Shown in pieces: positions 27,229 to 40,544 of a stretch of DNA of 64,000 nucleotides. Numbering within the stretch: position 1 is the first letter of the stretch; each line of letters starts with the position of its first letter. The stretch lies in assembly GCA_000165425.1 (NCBI GenBank), contig CT868540.1:1-64000 (forward strand). Direction: 5' to 3'. Under the pieces are notes generated by a model. The model did no database searches. It worked only from the letters and a program-made list of their open reading frames with translations, and was not told where the DNA came from. The stretch comes from Paramecium tetraurelia (lineage: Eukaryota). The translations under genes were made by a program, and so were the position numbers.

Positions 27229-27724
27229 TTACAAATTTAAATAATAATAAACCCTCGAAATTTTATCTCAAATTTTAATCAACGTATTTAACTTATCCAT
27301 ATGATAAAATATTAATTTATATTAAATTCAAGTAATTCATTAGGTTTGTTATATATTCAATCTCTTACATAAATGAGTGATATAATCTCACCAAATTTTA
27401 GGTAGTGATTCAATTAAATAGAGTATATGGGATGAGATTACAAAAAATAATTAATCGAAGAATGGCATTTATGATATATACACACTGTAGTAATCTCAAA
27501 ATAATAATTTATAACCAATATAGAAATCTATTAATGTATTTATTAGAGATTATATATTTTATGATGAATTCTATTATAATACTTGTAAGTAAATGAATTA
27601 TTTGATAAAGATGATTTCAATAGAAAAAGAGATCAAAACAAATGGCATCCAAAATGTTCGAGATAAATCCCATAATTAATTTAAATATGTTTACATTATA
27701 ATTAGTATTTAATTAACTCATGAA

Positions 27725-27802
27725 TATGACAATGATGATAATATACAGACCTGTTCTGAAACAAGTATGCTGCAAAACATTTCCATGCTAATGCTGATAT
27801 AT
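27725..27802 (+). ncRNA. Box C/D snoRNA with two SSU rRNA guides
   Basis: Box C ATGATGA 27732-27738; guide ACAGACCTGTT + D' CTGA 27756-27759; degenerate C'; guide TTCCATGCTAATG + D CTGA 27794-27797; short AU terminal stem; both guides are antisense to conserved 18S sequence. Confidence 0.88.
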
Positions 27803-27901
27803 ATATTTATTAATTTTTTGTTAAGTATCCCGTGTTTATATGAGTAGAGGATAGTGATATAAAGTTGTTTAAAGATTTAAAAATAAAAAATCATATAGAA
27901 A

Positions 27902-28615
27902 ATGTAGGATGAAGAAGATTACGATATTTTGATGAAAATAATTATTGTGGGTGATTCAGGAGTGGGCAAAACGAATTTGGTGAATCGTTTCGCATAACAA
28001 AAATTCCTTGATGATAGTAAACCAACAGTGGGAGTTGAATTCTTCTTTCGCCACATTGATATAATGGGAAAAACGATAAAGGCCTAGGTTTGGGACACAG
28101 CAGGACAAGAGAAGTATTTATAGTGTTAATAGAGATTCCGAGCAATAACTTATGGATATTATAGAGGTGCCTTAGGAGCTATGATCTGTTATGACATTAC
28201 TAAGGAATAGTCTTTTTTGAATGTGGAGAGATGGATAGAGGAGTTGAGAGAACACGGTGACAGCAATTTGGTGATGATGTTGATAGGGACGAAGTCTGAT
28301 TTAGAGAGTAAAAGAGTATGGTAATAATTTCATTTAGGTTGTGAGAAATGAGGATGGCACGTAGAAGGCATTGTAACATAACATGGCATTTTTGGAGACA
28401 TCGGCATTAAAAGCAGCAAATGTGGGCAAGGCATTTTCGATGTTACTTGAGAGTAAGAGTGAGAATTGATTTTAGAGATTTATGTGGGCATTGACAATCA
28501 AGGAAAGGAATATCAGAAGAGAGCCAGTATAAAGTTGACTTCTGAGCCAATAACAATTAAAAATGCTTAAAACACAAAACCAGATACGACCAAATCCAAG
28601 AAACAATGTTGTTGA
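27902..28615 (+). CDS. Rab11-like small GTPase
   Basis: [46 protein letters not shown]-terminal CC; three short introns. Confidence 0.93.
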
Positions 28616-28677
28616 GAATGGTTTTTTATTTTAATTTAAAGTTACTAATAGATTGACATTAAATTAAATATTTAATT

Positions 28678-30208
28678 ATGAGCACATTTTATTTATTTGA
28701 GGCAGCAGCAGGTTTAGCCTTATTCTAATGTGATACTGTCGACGAAACAAATGTCAAATCGAAATAGATTCAAAAGCAATTCTCTGACTTTGCTTAATTC
28801 GCAGAAGTATGTCACTTGAAAGTAATCCTCATTCCTTATTCAGGCATTTCAACCTTTTATTTCTGCTGAAATCGCATTGAACAATGCCTTAGCAATCCAC
28901 ACAGGTACCGTTACATAAGAGTTGGTCGATTTCTTATCAACCAATCTCCCTCCAGTCGGAAAGAAAAGCAAGTAATCCCATTAATTTATACTAGTTTCTA
29001 AATTGCAATTTCTGATAAAGGTTTGGCTGCTGGACTCCAATAGTATTTGAATTTGAAGAGTAAAATGAACGAAGCCACTGCCCAAGTGTTCAGAGGAATT
29101 AGAACCCACTTCGTTGATTTCTTGAGAAATGAAGATTTCAAAGAAAGAGATTACATTTAAGCCTAACTAGGTTTGGCACATCAAGTCTCCAGAAACAAAG
29201 TGAAGTTGGATATCAACAGAGAAGACAAACATGTTACTTAGGCTATAAGCATCATTGAATAAATGGACAAGGACTTAAACACACTAAGTATGAGAATCAA
29301 AGAATGGTATTCATGGCATTTCCCAGAATTGGCCAAGATTGTCACAGACAATAGAGTCTTCACCAGAATCGTCGATACCTATGGAGACAAGAAGAATATC
29401 AATGATGAAGCTTTGGAAGCTATTGAAGAACTCACAACTGATGCTGACTTGGCTAAACAAATTGTAGAAGCAGCTAAGATATCCATGGGTTAAGACATCT
29501 CAGAAATTGATTTATCTACTCTAAAGGATCTATGCATCAGAGTTCTCAATCAATTTGAATTTAGAGACAATATTCAAGAATATTTGAAGAACAAAATGAT
29601 AGCTATTGCACCAAATCTTACAGCTTTGATTGGTGAAAATGTAGCTGCTAAATTAATAGCTCATGCTGGATCATTGATCAATCTTGCTAAATATCCTGCC
29701 TCTACCATCCAAATCTTGGGAGCAGAAAAAGCATTGTTCAGAGCCTTGAAAACTAGAGGAAATACTCCTAAATATGGTTTATTATATCACAGTACTTACA
29801 TCGGAAGAGCTAATGGAACTGATAAAGGAAAAATCTCTAGGTATTTAATTCCCATTTAACTCTACTAGAAATCTAGCCAACAAGTGTGCTATTGCTTCCA
29901 GATTGGATCATTTCTTGATCTAACCAACTGAAAAGTTTGGAGTCAAGTTGAAGGATCAAATGGAACAAAGATTAAAGTTCTTGACTGCTGGAGGAGAATT
30001 GAACAAAAATACAGACATTATGGATGAAGTGTTGACTGAATTAAAAGGAGAGGGACTCTATTTTGAAAGTGAAAAATAATTGACCAAAAAAGACAAGAAA
30101 TCAAAGAAAGCCAAATCCAAAAAGGTTGTAGAAGAAGTCCAAGAAGAAGAAATAGAATAACCATAAGAAGCCCCAAAAAAGAAGAGAAAGGCATCAAAAT
30201 AATAATGA
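28678..30208 (+). CDS. NOP56: Nucleolar protein 56 (box C/D snoRNP core)
   Basis: [69 protein letters not shown]; Lys-rich tail. Confidence 0.95.
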
Positions 30209-30398
30209 TATATAAATAGTATATTAAATAAAAATGATACAGACAATTCCATTTTAGGAACTCTATATATTAAAATGAATAGAGTTCAGAGCACAGTTTT
30301 AGCCTTTCTACTTTATTAATACATTTATTAAAGAATTCTAATTATAAATTAATATTAAAAAATCTTATTATTATATAAATGGAAAATTTAGATGACTT

Positions 30399-31552
30399 TC
30401 AAATTTTTTTGATCTATTTCTTTTTTCTTTCAACACTAAGGTGCATTTTCGAGGTGTGGGTTCCTAACTTTTATGGGGTAGAGAAATCTGCTTAACATTC
30501 CTTACACTTAAAAACTTTAAGACCATTTTAAAAAGAGCATCCGTTGCCTCTCTTTGTAGTATAGTGATCTTAATCTATTTGCTCTAAGAACGAAGATAAC
30601 GGAGAGTTAATGTCATTTGAGGCATTATCAAAGCATTGTTCAATAAAATCATCTAAAATTTTATTGTCATTACCTTTTGGTTTTGACGTTAAACTTAATT
30701 GGCCATCAAAAGAGTTAACTTCCTCGCGAAGCATCTTGAATAGTTCCAATACTTGAAGACTCTTGAAGATCCATAATGGTATTTGCTTATTTTCTGAATG
30801 TGGAATTTCTATCATCTTATAATTAAAATATCCTTATTAGAGTATTAATAATTAAGAGATATCATAGATTAGCTATTAAATAATGTCAGATTCTAAAATA
30901 AGTTTATAATTAAAACACTTCACCAAATTTCATATTAATAATAATAATAATAATAAAGATCAGAACTCCGTGTCATGGTCATTATCTATTTGCCAGCCAT
31001 TCAAATGATGATGAGTTTCTCTAAATATGGTTTCATGTCTAATTTATTTGATTTATTTGCGATCCACATGCACTTTGCCAGGTCTTATCAGCCAGTCACA
31101 CTTCTCTCTATTTACATCGAAATTCTACCTATTGTTCTTTTTTAATTTTAATTCGAATCATTAATTGTAAAATGTATACTCTTTTTTCTTGAAATTAACT
31201 ATTCGAGACTTTTATCTGGTTATGGTTAGATTGATGCAATACGATTTCGTTTTATAACCTATCGGTTGTTAATAAAAATCTAATTCAGCTATTTCTATGA
31301 TTTGCTTTAAGGTTTGATAAGCGTTTAGTTTAGTTCACGCTTCTGTTGTCTTTCTTTGATATAGGCATCAAATAAATTCTATGCTGATGAGATTGGCTAT
31401 TGAATGTGAGTAGAATGTGATTTATTAATTTTGTTCTTATGAATTTCGAATGAGAGTATAGTTTAGTGTGTTTTCCTACGCATTTGATGTAAGTAATTTT
31501 ATTAGAAGTAATAGATAAGATCTTCAGGTGTTCTATTTCTTTGATCTGCCAT
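30399..31552 (-). CDS. Hypothetical protein
   Basis: MADQRNRTPEDLIYYF...; open code-6 frame that includes the supplied ORF 30570-30815. Confidence 0.6.
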
Positions 31553-31635
31553 TAATATTTATAAATAATTATATACTCTCATAAGTTCTTTCTTTAACCT
31601 TAAGGTTATTTGGTTCTCATAATATTAAAGTAAAA

Positions 31636-32785
31636 ATGGTATAGGATGAAGGAGTTATGAGGCGATATGAGATATGAGAAGTAATCAATGAAGTAATTAA
31701 GACAAGGATGCAATTAAGACAAAGTACAAATAGAGTATTGAGTAAATTTGATTGTTCAAAGAGTGTGAGGGATTGTGGATATTAGAGGATGGATATAAAA
31801 AGATAGATTATTTTGAGATAGTGAAGGCAGAATTAATTCGATAGGGTAGTGACATCAGTAAATAATATTGACTATGGTTGAATATAAGTAAATTGGTTAG
31901 AGTTTCTGGGATATGATGGTATTGCCTTGGCTTAGATGAGAGTTCATATTAAAGAGTATGCAGAGAATTATTAAAATTGGGGGTTTATAATTATTAAACT
32001 AATACAATGTAGAGTTTAATAGTAGTAGATTAATTAAGAATACTAATGTTATTCCAATCTTGATTGTGCAATCTCTGAAGGGTTTAAGTAAGTACTTTAA
32101 AAAGGATAAGTGTACTTAAATTAACAGATCCTGCACATCACCAACCCTCAAATAGAATATTGCTCGAAAGAATTCTAATCAGCTCTTGAATTTTGTGAAT
32201 AGTAATGAGAATAGACCAGTTCCAAATTTATTCGAAAATGTCCAAAGATAGAATATAAATGCACCTGTCTGTCAAAATGCAACAAAGGGTAGAATTTTAT
32301 TGATCGTAATGAATATTTTGAGTTAGGAGGATTCGAAATCCAAATATTTGCAATTGAAAGAAACTTTGAATCAGCGGATTACTTCCCTAGAATTAGAATT
32401 TGAAAAGAGTTATGCTATTGAAAAAAATGCTAAGAATATTGTTGATTAGTTAAATGATTAAATAAATCAATAGAACTGATAATTACAATCATATAGGAAT
32501 AGAGTAAGAGAGATTGAAATAGATTTAGAATTCAAGAATCAGTAAATAAAAAAACCAACAATTGATAACAATTAATTCTAGATAATAATAAATAATGAAG
32601 AAAAATAAGTTGATTGATTTAAGGAGATAATATTTGAAAAGTCAGAAACAACCATTTATAACTAGTGCTATGAAATAGATAATTCATAAATAAATTATAA
32701 AATTCATACACCATTCAGTCAAAATTTATCGATAATTTCGTCATCGATGGTGGAAATGATAAATGAGATGAAAGAATCCTCTTGA
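31636..32785 (+). CDS. Hypothetical coiled-coil protein
   Basis: MVQDEGVMRRYE...; E/Q/K-rich heptads; short introns; ends in TGA. Confidence 0.6.
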
Positions 32786-32814
32786 TATTAAATATATTGT
32801 TAATTTATGATGAC

Positions 32815-33840
32815 TCAAAACATTCTATTGTTTAATTCTCTTTTAAGATTGTGAGGAAAACATGAAATGCTAGGAGTGGGTCTGACCATCTCCATTAAAT
32901 GATTGGGTCTATTCTAATTATAACATTTACTTGAATGGATCTTTTCCTTTGACAAAGTCTATTCTCTAGGTAGGTTTGAGAGGATCTCCCTTATATTGAG
33001 GATATTTGCTTAAACATCCAGTCTCACCACTTTTGGTTGGATTTGAAGGTTTAAAAGGAGCCTCATGTTTCATGATATTTGGTTTGAATTCTTTGACTTA
33101 GGTTGGCTACATTAATATACACGTTTACTTTAGGTAAATTGGTCTCTCCAAAGACCTACTTATCAGTGCTGAAATTATCAGTTGTGTAAATGGTGCTTTT
33201 GAATGGTTATTTATCTTTGAGCATTTTTTATTCTTTAAAGATCCTTTCCCTTTCAAATTGTCTATAACGATTGTATTCATCCTTTTCATGTTTTGGGAAA
33301 TGTCCCAGATTCTTAGAAGCAGGATTTGTGGTGACATTCTTTGGTCCTATTTTAACTCTGCCATCACCTCCTTTATGATTGTTGGGACCTTTTGGGATTT
33401 CATAATCATTCTAGTGAGGATACACACCTCCAACGAGCTCTTTGTATCCAGAAGGAGGAACAAAATTCTTTTTATCATCTGAGGCATATTTTTTATTATC
33501 CTCCAATTCCTAAATCCTTATTTTTCTTTCAGGGTCTATGTATTTATCGCCAATGGTTGTAAAGCCTAGTTAGCTGAAGTAGGATGACTTGATTTTGCCT
33601 GATTAAGGAGCTGTGGCTTTCATATTTGGAGGAGAGGTGATTGGTTTACCTTATTCATTACGAGCAGCTAGTATTAACACAAATAGTAAAACGTCTTGGC
33701 TTATTGTCGTAACTATTATCACCCAAACCCAGAGGAACAGGGGATGAAAACAATCCGAATCTCTAGACGGTGGCTAATTTTTCTGTATCTGCAATGGCCT
33801 TTTTGCTTATATCTTTTAATGTGGCTTCCTTTTCAGACAT
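32815..33840 (-). CDS. CFAP96/C4orf47 (UPF0602)-like ciliary protein
   Basis: RFGLFS, SYFSQLGFTTIGDKYID, NFVPPSG and Pro/Lys/Gly-rich segments recalled from this family (from memory, not searched). Confidence 0.65.
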
Positions 33841-33870
33841 AAATTATATAATAATTAATTAATCAGTTAA

Positions 33871-34796
33871 ATGGATAGCAAAGAGAACTATTATAACATC
33901 AAATAGATGACAGAATCTTTTAGGAATGTTAAAAAATACTCATAACACTCAAATACAATTGTAGATATGTTTGTAGAAATCACTTAGAAATTGGACAAAT
34001 CTTCCAAAGATTATTTATCAAAAGTCATTCCTATTGATGATGAAAAATCAACACTAAATTAAGTAGACACAATCATCATTATGAATTATTTCAAATAAAT
34101 AGTTGTCTATCTCATTAAAACCAAAGTCGAATTAGAAGAAAAAACATAATAAATCGAACCTCAGACTCAATATGAGACCTTGATTCAGAAACTTGAAGCT
34201 GATGTTCGTCAACATATTCGAATTGAATAACAGTTGAGAATCTACACGGAAACCTTGTAGTAAAAGATTGATGATTTCATAAGCGAAAGAGAATAATAAA
34301 TTTAATTGATCAAAGAATATGAACAATAAATCAAATAGAAGAACAAAGATATAGTAATCTATCAAAGTGAACTTCGAAAAGCAGTTAATTAAAACTAATA
34401 AAAGCACACCAAACTTGTAACTGAACCTATCCATGAAGAATATGATACGACATACCATAAAAATAAATTAAATCAAACTAATTACACACATCAAAGAAAA
34501 CCTAGCCAGCTCAATGAGGAAAAATCTGTACCTAATAGTAAGTATCATTAATAATAGAATCTCAAATCAATAGTTATAAAAATTCGCCAGAAAGAATCCC
34601 AATTCGTAAGATATCAGTGACCAATTATGCTGAAACCAAAGCCATCAAATAGCCTGTCTTTATTCGACAGCCTTGGTATATATAAATTACTATTCTTAGT
34701 CCAATGTCATATTCACATTTAAAAACTGAAACATAAATCAGTTATAGAAGTAACAGTTAAGAAAGTAAGTATCTATAAAAAAATTAAGTAAAATGA
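33871..34796 (+). CDS. Hypothetical coiled-coil protein
   Basis: YETLIQKLEADVRQHIRIEQQLRIYTETLQQKIDD coiled-coil; two short introns. Confidence 0.7.
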
Positions 34797-34916
34797 TATC
34801 CAACTTAAATTATCTATATCCATTATTTTTATAGTAAACTCAATCATTTTTCTTGCATTTAACATTAAAATTGGAGTGGAAAGTCAAAACAAGATAACTA
34901 AATTAATTAAAAATTA

Positions 34917-35411
34917 ATGAGTTCTCAAATTAATGATGTTTTGAGAAATGAAACAATCTACTTTCGCAAATCCCATCTACTCAGAAAAGCTACTAATCAA
35001 TAGAACAGGCTATTTAGATAACGTTTGATCTAAGACAGCTTAAATGAACCCACACATCCTATTAATTGTTTAATTAAAAATGAGGAAGTGTTTGTTCCCT
35101 ATATACATGAAAGAAATAGTTTGGGTAGCTTAATTAAGAAACCTAATCTATCATCAAATCGAGAAATCCACAATAAATAATTAGTTAAATCATCGCTAAA
35201 ATTGTCAAGAAATAAACAATTTTGTGCATTCCTACAGTGTGAACCACCCAATTCCAATAGGTCATATGGACAAAAGAATAAAACTTAATCCACATAAGAT
35301 TCATTTTACTCCTATTTTACATTCAACAAGTCTAATCAAAACTTCTTACTCAAGTCCAAGAACAGTGAACCTTTTAGTTTTAGAAAATCATTTTATTAAA
35401 AATAACTATGA
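34917..35411 (+). CDS. Hypothetical protein
   Basis: Single open frame MSSQINDVLRNETIYF...QKQL-TGA. Confidence 0.5.
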
Positions 35412-35477
35412 TATTAAATAAAAATTATCATCCTTAATATGCTGATGACATTATAGTCTATTTCACGTTTTTTGTCG

Positions 35478-38400
35478 TCATTACTTTCTATGTTTAAGAA
35501 CTAATTAATATATAATTATTGATTTTACTTATAATCAGGACTTAAATAGATTTAAACTTAAGATCGAGGACTAACTATTCTTTATGAAATCTAAGAATAC
35601 TGTACATCATTTGAAGATTAAAATCTATCAATCTATTAATTGTTAGATATAGGTATCTAGGATACTTAATTTATTTCAGATTATCTTGTTACAATTTAGA
35701 CATTCTTCTTAGAACTCTCTTGTCCTCCTAATTAACTCACAATGTATTAATCATTTTGTTTTTCATAAACAATTTATTTTTTGACCTTACCTTCCAATCT
35801 TGCATTTTCTTATTCTAAAATATGCAAACGTGATTCATATTCAGTTATATTTGTGATTAGAATTTGAATTTTATTCTCTTATTCTTATCTTATATTTTTT
35901 TATCTCTCAATTTCTATGTTTAGAGTGTTTATTTCATGTTCCAGTTCTGTAATTCTTAATTTAAATTCTTTTACTTATTCATTACTAATATTTGATTATT
36001 GAGATCTTATCTAAGTGATTTCGATCTTAGTTGAATTAAATAATTATTCTATTTACTAATACTTAGATCTATATTGATTTAACTCCATTTGTGTTTATTA
36101 TAGCTAATAAGATAATTATTATAGTTCTTAATTGCCTTATTGTTATAAACGATCCTCTAAATTCTTTCTTTCTATGGTCAATCTCTAAATGAATTACTTT
36201 TCTAACTCATCTCTTATCTAAACTTCTAAATTCCTCATTTCTAATTGCAATTGATTGATCTGTTAATTTTTTGTTTGTAATTCATAATCTACTTCCCTTA
36301 ATCTGCTACTCAGTCTATCTATCTGAAGAGAACTATTCTTGTATACTTCACTTTCTCTTTAAACAGAAACAAATCTTTAATTTATTAATTCATATTCATT
36401 CTTGTATTTCAAACTTTGTTCGCTCAAAGTTGATATTTCTGAATTCAATTATAAGTTTATTTATCTCAATTATTACAATTAATCTCTTAAATTCTAACTC
36501 TCGAATTGACTTTGTTTTGTAAACTATTCCTTAATTTATCTCAATTCGCTGGTTGAATCCTAATATTTGATTTGTAATTGATCATATTGACTTTACAATT
36601 ATCTATACTTTTATTATTATTATGATAATTCTAATAGTCCTTATGAATTCACTCTCTATTCAACAATTTGCATCTCCACTCTCAATCTCTCCTTAAATGA
36701 TATCTCAAATTATGATTCTTGATTTTGTAGCTATGTCCTTAATTATTATATTTAAGATTCATATTAGTATATACGTTATTCATATTGATTAATCCTTTAT
36801 TTTAGTACTTCATTCTCTTTGTTATTTTAAGTTGAGTATTTCATTTCACTTTCTCTCTATATAAGCAAGTAATTTTAATTTAAGGATTCATAATCATTTC
36901 TATATTTTCTAATTTACTCATTCAACAATTAGATCTCATTCTAATATTTATTGCATCGCTCTTGTATCACTTGATATTCACTTTAGATACTAGTGAATTG
37001 ATGAGTATTTTTCTCTATTTGTGACTTTTAAGATTTTAAATATAAATTTTCTTAATATAATTCCTCTTGATCACTTTAATATTTCTTTATGAGATCCTTA
37101 TAAGATTATATTTCAGATTAAATAATCCTATATTAATTTTATAAAGTTAAATACTCTTCCTTAATACTTGTCAATTCATATTAACTTTATGACGATGATT
37201 ATTATTGTTAAAACTAAGTCTAAAGAATTTAATATTATTAGTTTGAGTTTTTCAATTAGTATTCTAATTCCACAATCCTTTATCTCAAAGAATCAATTTC
37301 AAAAGAACTGCCTTTTTATTATTCACTTTGCCTCTAAAAAATCATAAATTCATTTGATAATCTTTCATAATCTTATTGATATTTTTCTTTTTCTTCTCTC
37401 AATTAATTCAATTACAATTGATATTCAGTTTGCTGCTAATTTCTTATTATTTTAATTTCCTCTTAATATTCATTCTAAGTAGAACTGATTCTTTAATCTC
37501 TTTCATTTAAATCTTGAATCAATATCAAAATATCTTATTCCATTTCAATAATTTTGTTTTTTAAGATCTCAACCTCTTATATTTCTGTTTTTTTGCCTTC
37601 AAAACTAATTTTATATCCATTGATTTCTTTTTTGGATTTGTCTACCTCCAATTTTAATTAGCCCACTTAGACTTCAAATTGCTTAAGTCTTTCTTACAAT
37701 TGTGTAATTTAAATATCTTTTTCCCTAATCTTTTGTTCAAAGGTTAATACTTGTTCTTGAGTTGATACAGCCTTATAACGATCTTACCAAACCAAGACTT
37801 CATGTTGCAAAGCAGATATTCTTTATAAATATCCTTAGATTTCAAAATTTTAGTTTTTATTAGTAGATCTGATAGAGAATTATTACACTTCTTACATGTA
37901 GGATTCACAATTGAAATTCAATCTTTTTATTTCTTATTATTGTTCTTGAATCTTATCCTCTAATAATTTGATTTTTCTTTTATAGTCATCTCTTTCATTT
38001 CTAAATTAATCTAAATCTGAACCAAAAGTTATTTTTGAGCTGCCTTATTGTATTTGCATTTTTGACTATTGTATTGAAATTTATGATTATTGTTGTTGTT
38101 ATTATTGTAATTATTGTTGTTATTGTTAATTTAATTCCTTTTCTGCAATTAATTATTTGATTTGATCTTTCAATTAAGTGATTTCTGAATTTGGGATCGA
38201 TGTAACATAGGTTGTTTTCTTTAATTATTCTTCCATTTATTTAATCTGCATTTTTAATGAATTGACTTCGTAATCATTTGATGCAACATTTACATTTTGT
38301 TCAAGCCTAAACTTATATTCACTATTTTCTTATCTAAGCTTATTGATCTCATCTTTGTATTAATTAATTTCTATATCGTTGCCCTAATAAACTGTTGTAA

Positions 38401-39583
38401 TTCTACTAGTTCCTTTTTCAGCTTGCAATTATTTATACTTATTTTTCCATTAATCTAATTCTTTCATTAAATCAGATATTTAGTTGTTCTATGAATTCAC
38501 ACTTTCTCTTAGATTTGCAATTTCTATGTATAATCACTTCAATACCCCTGTCTTTGGTTTCAATAATCTTTTAAAATGATGTTTAATCTGACAATTATAT
38601 ATACTCCTGAGTGATGGGATTCGATTTTAATTTATAATCTTCAGTCCTTAATAATTTGATCATCAATTTACAATATCGTCGATTATTAATAAGTAACATT
38701 TCTCTAATTTGAGTAATTATCCATTCCTTAGTTTGTTGTTTCTATTTTGTAATGTATAAATCCGCTCATCTTAGAATTGCTAAATTAATAAATTATATTA
38801 ATAATAAATGATTATCAATTCATTCTAATTTTGATATCTTGCTAAGATTAATTTCTGATTTTAACAAATCATTCATCTTACTATTATGCATTAATGAATC
38901 AGATTGATACTGCTTATTTATCAATTAAGTAGTACTTTTACTTTTGACACATGGAAAATGAGTTTTCATCATTGGAGAACTTTGACCTTTAGGTTTTATC
39001 TGATTAATTAATTTATACTTACTCTGGTCATATGATCACGTAATTTTTCATATCTATGTATTTACTCTTATTATTTTTCAATAAGTATTTATTTTGTAAG
39101 TTCTAATCTTTTTTGTAGTTCATAGTTTTCTTCATCTATTTTTTATTATTATTTTCTTCTCAAAGGGGAATGCAACCTCTTTCCCAATGCATTCTCACTC
39201 CACAATGAAGTGTCTGCCTTAAAGCTAAACAATTCAACTTACATATGCTTTCTCTCTTAAATTTTATACTGTCCATATTGATCTGAATTGAGATGCTTTG
39301 CCTTCTTGAATTTCTATGATATGTGAAGTTAAATATTAATTTTATTCATCAATCCGCTTTCTTTATTCAGATTTCTGAAATCTAGAGGATTGTGCTTTTA
39401 ATTGTTATGTTTTACTTAGTACTGGCAAATCTTTGAAAGCAAATCTTGGCTTTTTGCTAAATCTTAACAATAACTTAATTACTCCGTTTAAATTTAATCT
39501 AATTTCTTCTTGTGAAAATCATAACTTTGATTACGGAGCATCTTCTAAACCAAATTGGTTTCTACAAATCTTGCACCTTGCAT
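35478..39583 (-). CDS. Large Gln/Glu/Lys-rich coiled-coil protein
   Basis: About 4 kb of minus-strand Q/E/K-rich coding with YKQEMEKWK-like repeats; may be one gene with a few introns. Confidence 0.65.
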
Positions 39584-39714
39584 AAGTTATATATTATTTT
39601 ATAATTTATTATTATATAATTCATTCCTATTATTTGATATCTCCAATAAAATCATATTCTATATAACTTAAGCCATTAAAATTGAACAATATAATATATA
39701 CTATTATTTTCTAA

Positions 39715-40510
39715 TCACATATCATCTAAGAATCTCCCCTCATTCCACTAGCCGATAATCCTCTAATCCTTATCACTATATTTCCCTTTCCCATGAGGTA
39801 ACCCATTTCGAAATTCTCCATGAAAAACAGCCCCGTTGACAAATTCCATATTCCCTTAACCTTCCCTTTTATCATTTTAAAAGGTTCCCTAATAGGTCAT
39901 CCATATTTATTCAATATTACTCAAGTTTCTATAGTTCACTATACCTAAGTTTTCAGGATCATCATTATATTCTCTTCCTTGACCATGGTATTCATCTTCC
40001 TTCCATTCTCCATCATAAATTAAAAAGTCATTGTTATAAAATTTTCCCATCCCTTCCATCTTATTATTATGCCATTAACCCTCATAAAATGCTCCTGTGG
40101 GATGAATGTATTTTCCTTAATTCATTTATCATATATATATACCTTAACCCTCCCTTTGATTGTTGAGTTTATATCCCTCATAAATACAACCATTTGGGTA
40201 TGTTTCTCTAATAAATTTATACTCCTGATTCTCCAATTCCTGTTATTATGGAAACAATTATATTTCTTTTTCCATAGGACTTTATTATTAATACAAAATT
40301 AATGGTTGTTAGCGATACATGTCTAATTTATCAATAAATGAATCTTGGGGCGAATAAAGTTCTAATTATTCTCTAACATTAGGTTTTGGTTTAAAGCCAA
40401 ATTGATAGTTTTTTTCTCTGAGAATTTTAGAAAAGACTGACTCTTGTTTTTATCCAATCTAATAATTTTTTTATTTTAATAACTCTTCAAATGCATTTTT
40501 TTAGGATTTA

Positions 40511-40544
<34 letters not shown>

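Noticed and set aside
27383..27445. TAATCTCA/TGAGATTA inverted repeat as an H/ACA RNA
   Set aside because: Only 8 AT-rich bp, with no convincing upper stem or pocket
27561..27610. Second ATGATGA as another C/D snoRNA
   Set aside because: No CTGA box or recognisable guide at a suitable distance
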